Notes under the pieces: model-generated
What the model saw: the letters and a program-made list of their open reading frames with translations, nothing else
Databases searched by the model: none
What the model was told of the DNA's origin: nothing
Program-made: the position numbers and the translations under genes
In this document: piece after piece, positions 63,152-64,000 of the stretch
How the letters are laid out: every line of letters begins with the position of its first letter
Numbering within the stretch: position 1 is the first letter of the stretch
Source of the DNA: Anaerolineae bacterium
GTDB taxonomy: Bacteria > Chloroflexota > Anaerolineae > B4-G1 > DUEL01
Length of the DNA stretch: 64,000 bases
Reading direction: 5' to 3'
Assembly (NCBI GenBank): GCA_016931695.1
Contig: JAFGEI010000023.1
Coordinates: 5,328-69,327, forward strand

Positions 63152-64000
63152 AGGTCCTGCACGTCGTCCACAGCTATGCCCCCGCCATCGGGGGGACCCA
63201 GTTGATGGTCCAGCGGGTCTCGGAGCGGCTGGCAGCCGATTACGGCGACCAGGTGACGGTCATGACCACGGTTGCCTACGGCAACGACTATTTCTGGGAC
63301 CCGCGCCAGCCGGCGATGGCGCCGGGGGTGGAAGAGATCGACGGCGTCACCGTGCGCCGCTTTCCGGTCTTTAACCGCCTGGCCTGGCTGCGGCTGAACG
63401 CGGCGCGGGTGGCGCACAAGCTGCGGCTGCCGGGAGAAGACTGGCTGCGCGGCCTCTATTTTGGCCCCATCGTCCCCGGCATGACCCGCGCCGTCGCCGC
63501 CAGCGGCGCCGACGTGGTGATGGCCTCCGCCTTTCCGCTGCTGCACATGCACTATGCCCTCTGGGGCGGGGAGCGGGCTAACATGCCCACCGTCCTCTTT
63601 GGCGCCCTCCACCCGGCCGACCGCTGGTGCTTCGACCGGCCCATGATCTATGATGCCATCCGCCGCTGCAGCGCCTACGTCGCCGACTCCGAATTCGAAC
63701 GGCAGCACCTGGTCGGGCGGGGCATCGACGCGGCCAAGATCGACGTCGTCGGCGTCGGGGTCGATCCCGCTCCCTACCGGGCTGCGGATGGGGCGCCGGC
63801 CCGGCAGCGGTACGGCCTGGGCGACGGGCCGGTCGTCGCCATCGTCGCCCAGCACCTGCCTCACAAGCGGATCGACCTGCTCGTCGCGGCCATGCCCGCC
63901 GTGTGGCAGCGCTTGCCGACCGCGCGGCTGCTGGTCGCCGGCCGGCGGACCGATTATTCGCTACAGTTGGAGCGAGAAATTGCGCGGTTGCCCCCCGACC
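63148..64000 (+). CDS. GT4 family glycosyltransferase (5' part; continues beyond the window)
   Basis: ATG at 63148 overlapping the previous stop (ATGA). MKVLHVVHSYAPAIGGTQLMV… is a typical GT4 N-terminal domain. The frame is open to the window end. Confidence 0.65.
   Translation, partial: MKVLHVVHSYAPAIGGTQLMVQRVSERLAADYGDQVTVMTTVAYGNDYFWDPRQPAMAPGVEEIDGVTVRRFPVFNRLAWLRLNAARVAHKLRLPGEDWLRGLYFGPIVPGMTRAVAASGADVVMASAFPLLHMHYALWGGERANMPTVLFGALHPADRWCFDRPMIYDAIRRCSAYVADSEFERQHLVGRGIDAAKIDVVGVGVDPAPYRAADGAPARQRYGLGDGPVVAIVAQHLPHKRIDLLVAAMPAVWQRLPTARLLVAGRRTDYSLQLEREIARLPPD

Noticed and set aside
1-64000. CRISPR arrays, rRNA/tRNA genes, IS transposases, integrases and prophage genes
   Set aside because: No spacer-repeat periodicity, no rRNA or tRNA signatures, and no transposase, integrase or phage structural homologs were seen on either strand. 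The only mobile-looking DNA is the non-coding palindromic repeat family and the AT-rich islet.

Overview
High-GC (roughly 65-70%) bacterial chromosomal segment with about 50 protein-coding genes, no rRNA or tRNA, no CRISPR, and no transposase or integrase genes. Gene order and starts were worked out from the ORF track plus manual checks of in-frame start codons, Shine-Dalgarno sequences and the many ATGA/GTGA/TGATG start-stop overlaps. Coordinates quoted from my own line-position counting can be off by one or two bases. Contents, left to right:
(i) An envelope-glycosylation cluster: GT-C/GT39-like glycosyltransferases, a flippase-like protein, a YfhO protein and a FemAB-like protein.
(ii) A TGS-domain/PRK-family kinase.
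(iii) A roughly 17-kb co-directional alpha-glucan operon: GlgA, three GH57 paralogs, a glycogen debranching enzyme (GDE) and a DUF4912 protein. Embedded in it are several non-canonical genes: an amino-methyltransferase translationally coupled to a GH57 gene, a prenyltransferase/squalene-cyclase-repeat protein, a small protein with an effector-associated-domain-like N-terminus, and a zinc-ribbon membrane protein. The operon ends in two tandem fusion genes that each combine a DHDPS/DapA-family aldolase domain with a formaldehyde-activating-enzyme (Fae)-like domain. This is the most unusual feature of the window.
(iv) An FGGY kinase, a secreted FG-GAP repeat protein, hpf and comF.
(v) A tad/cpa pilus operon (cpaB, REC-cpaE, cpaF, tadB, tadC).
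(vi) A four-subunit pyruvate/2-oxoacid:ferredoxin oxidoreductase operon (gamma-delta-alpha-beta order).
(vii) An operon of an LCP protein, GlpD, and an alkyl-DHAP-synthase-like FAD oxidase.
(viii) dnaN followed by a Lon-like protease, then a second YfhO paralog.
(ix) A roughly 1.5-kb AT-rich islet carrying a textbook sigma70 promoter and a zinc-ribbon/bPH/TM/Pro-Thr-linker/Excalibur protein.
(x) comEC.
(xi) A translationally coupled operon of two SAM methyltransferases, a GT2 and three GT4 glycosyltransferases.
At the DNA level there is a family of about 150-bp palindromic MITE-like repeats (three copies in promoter or terminator regions), a 210-bp structured element bounded by 12-bp inverted repeats, and several GC-rich terminator hairpins.
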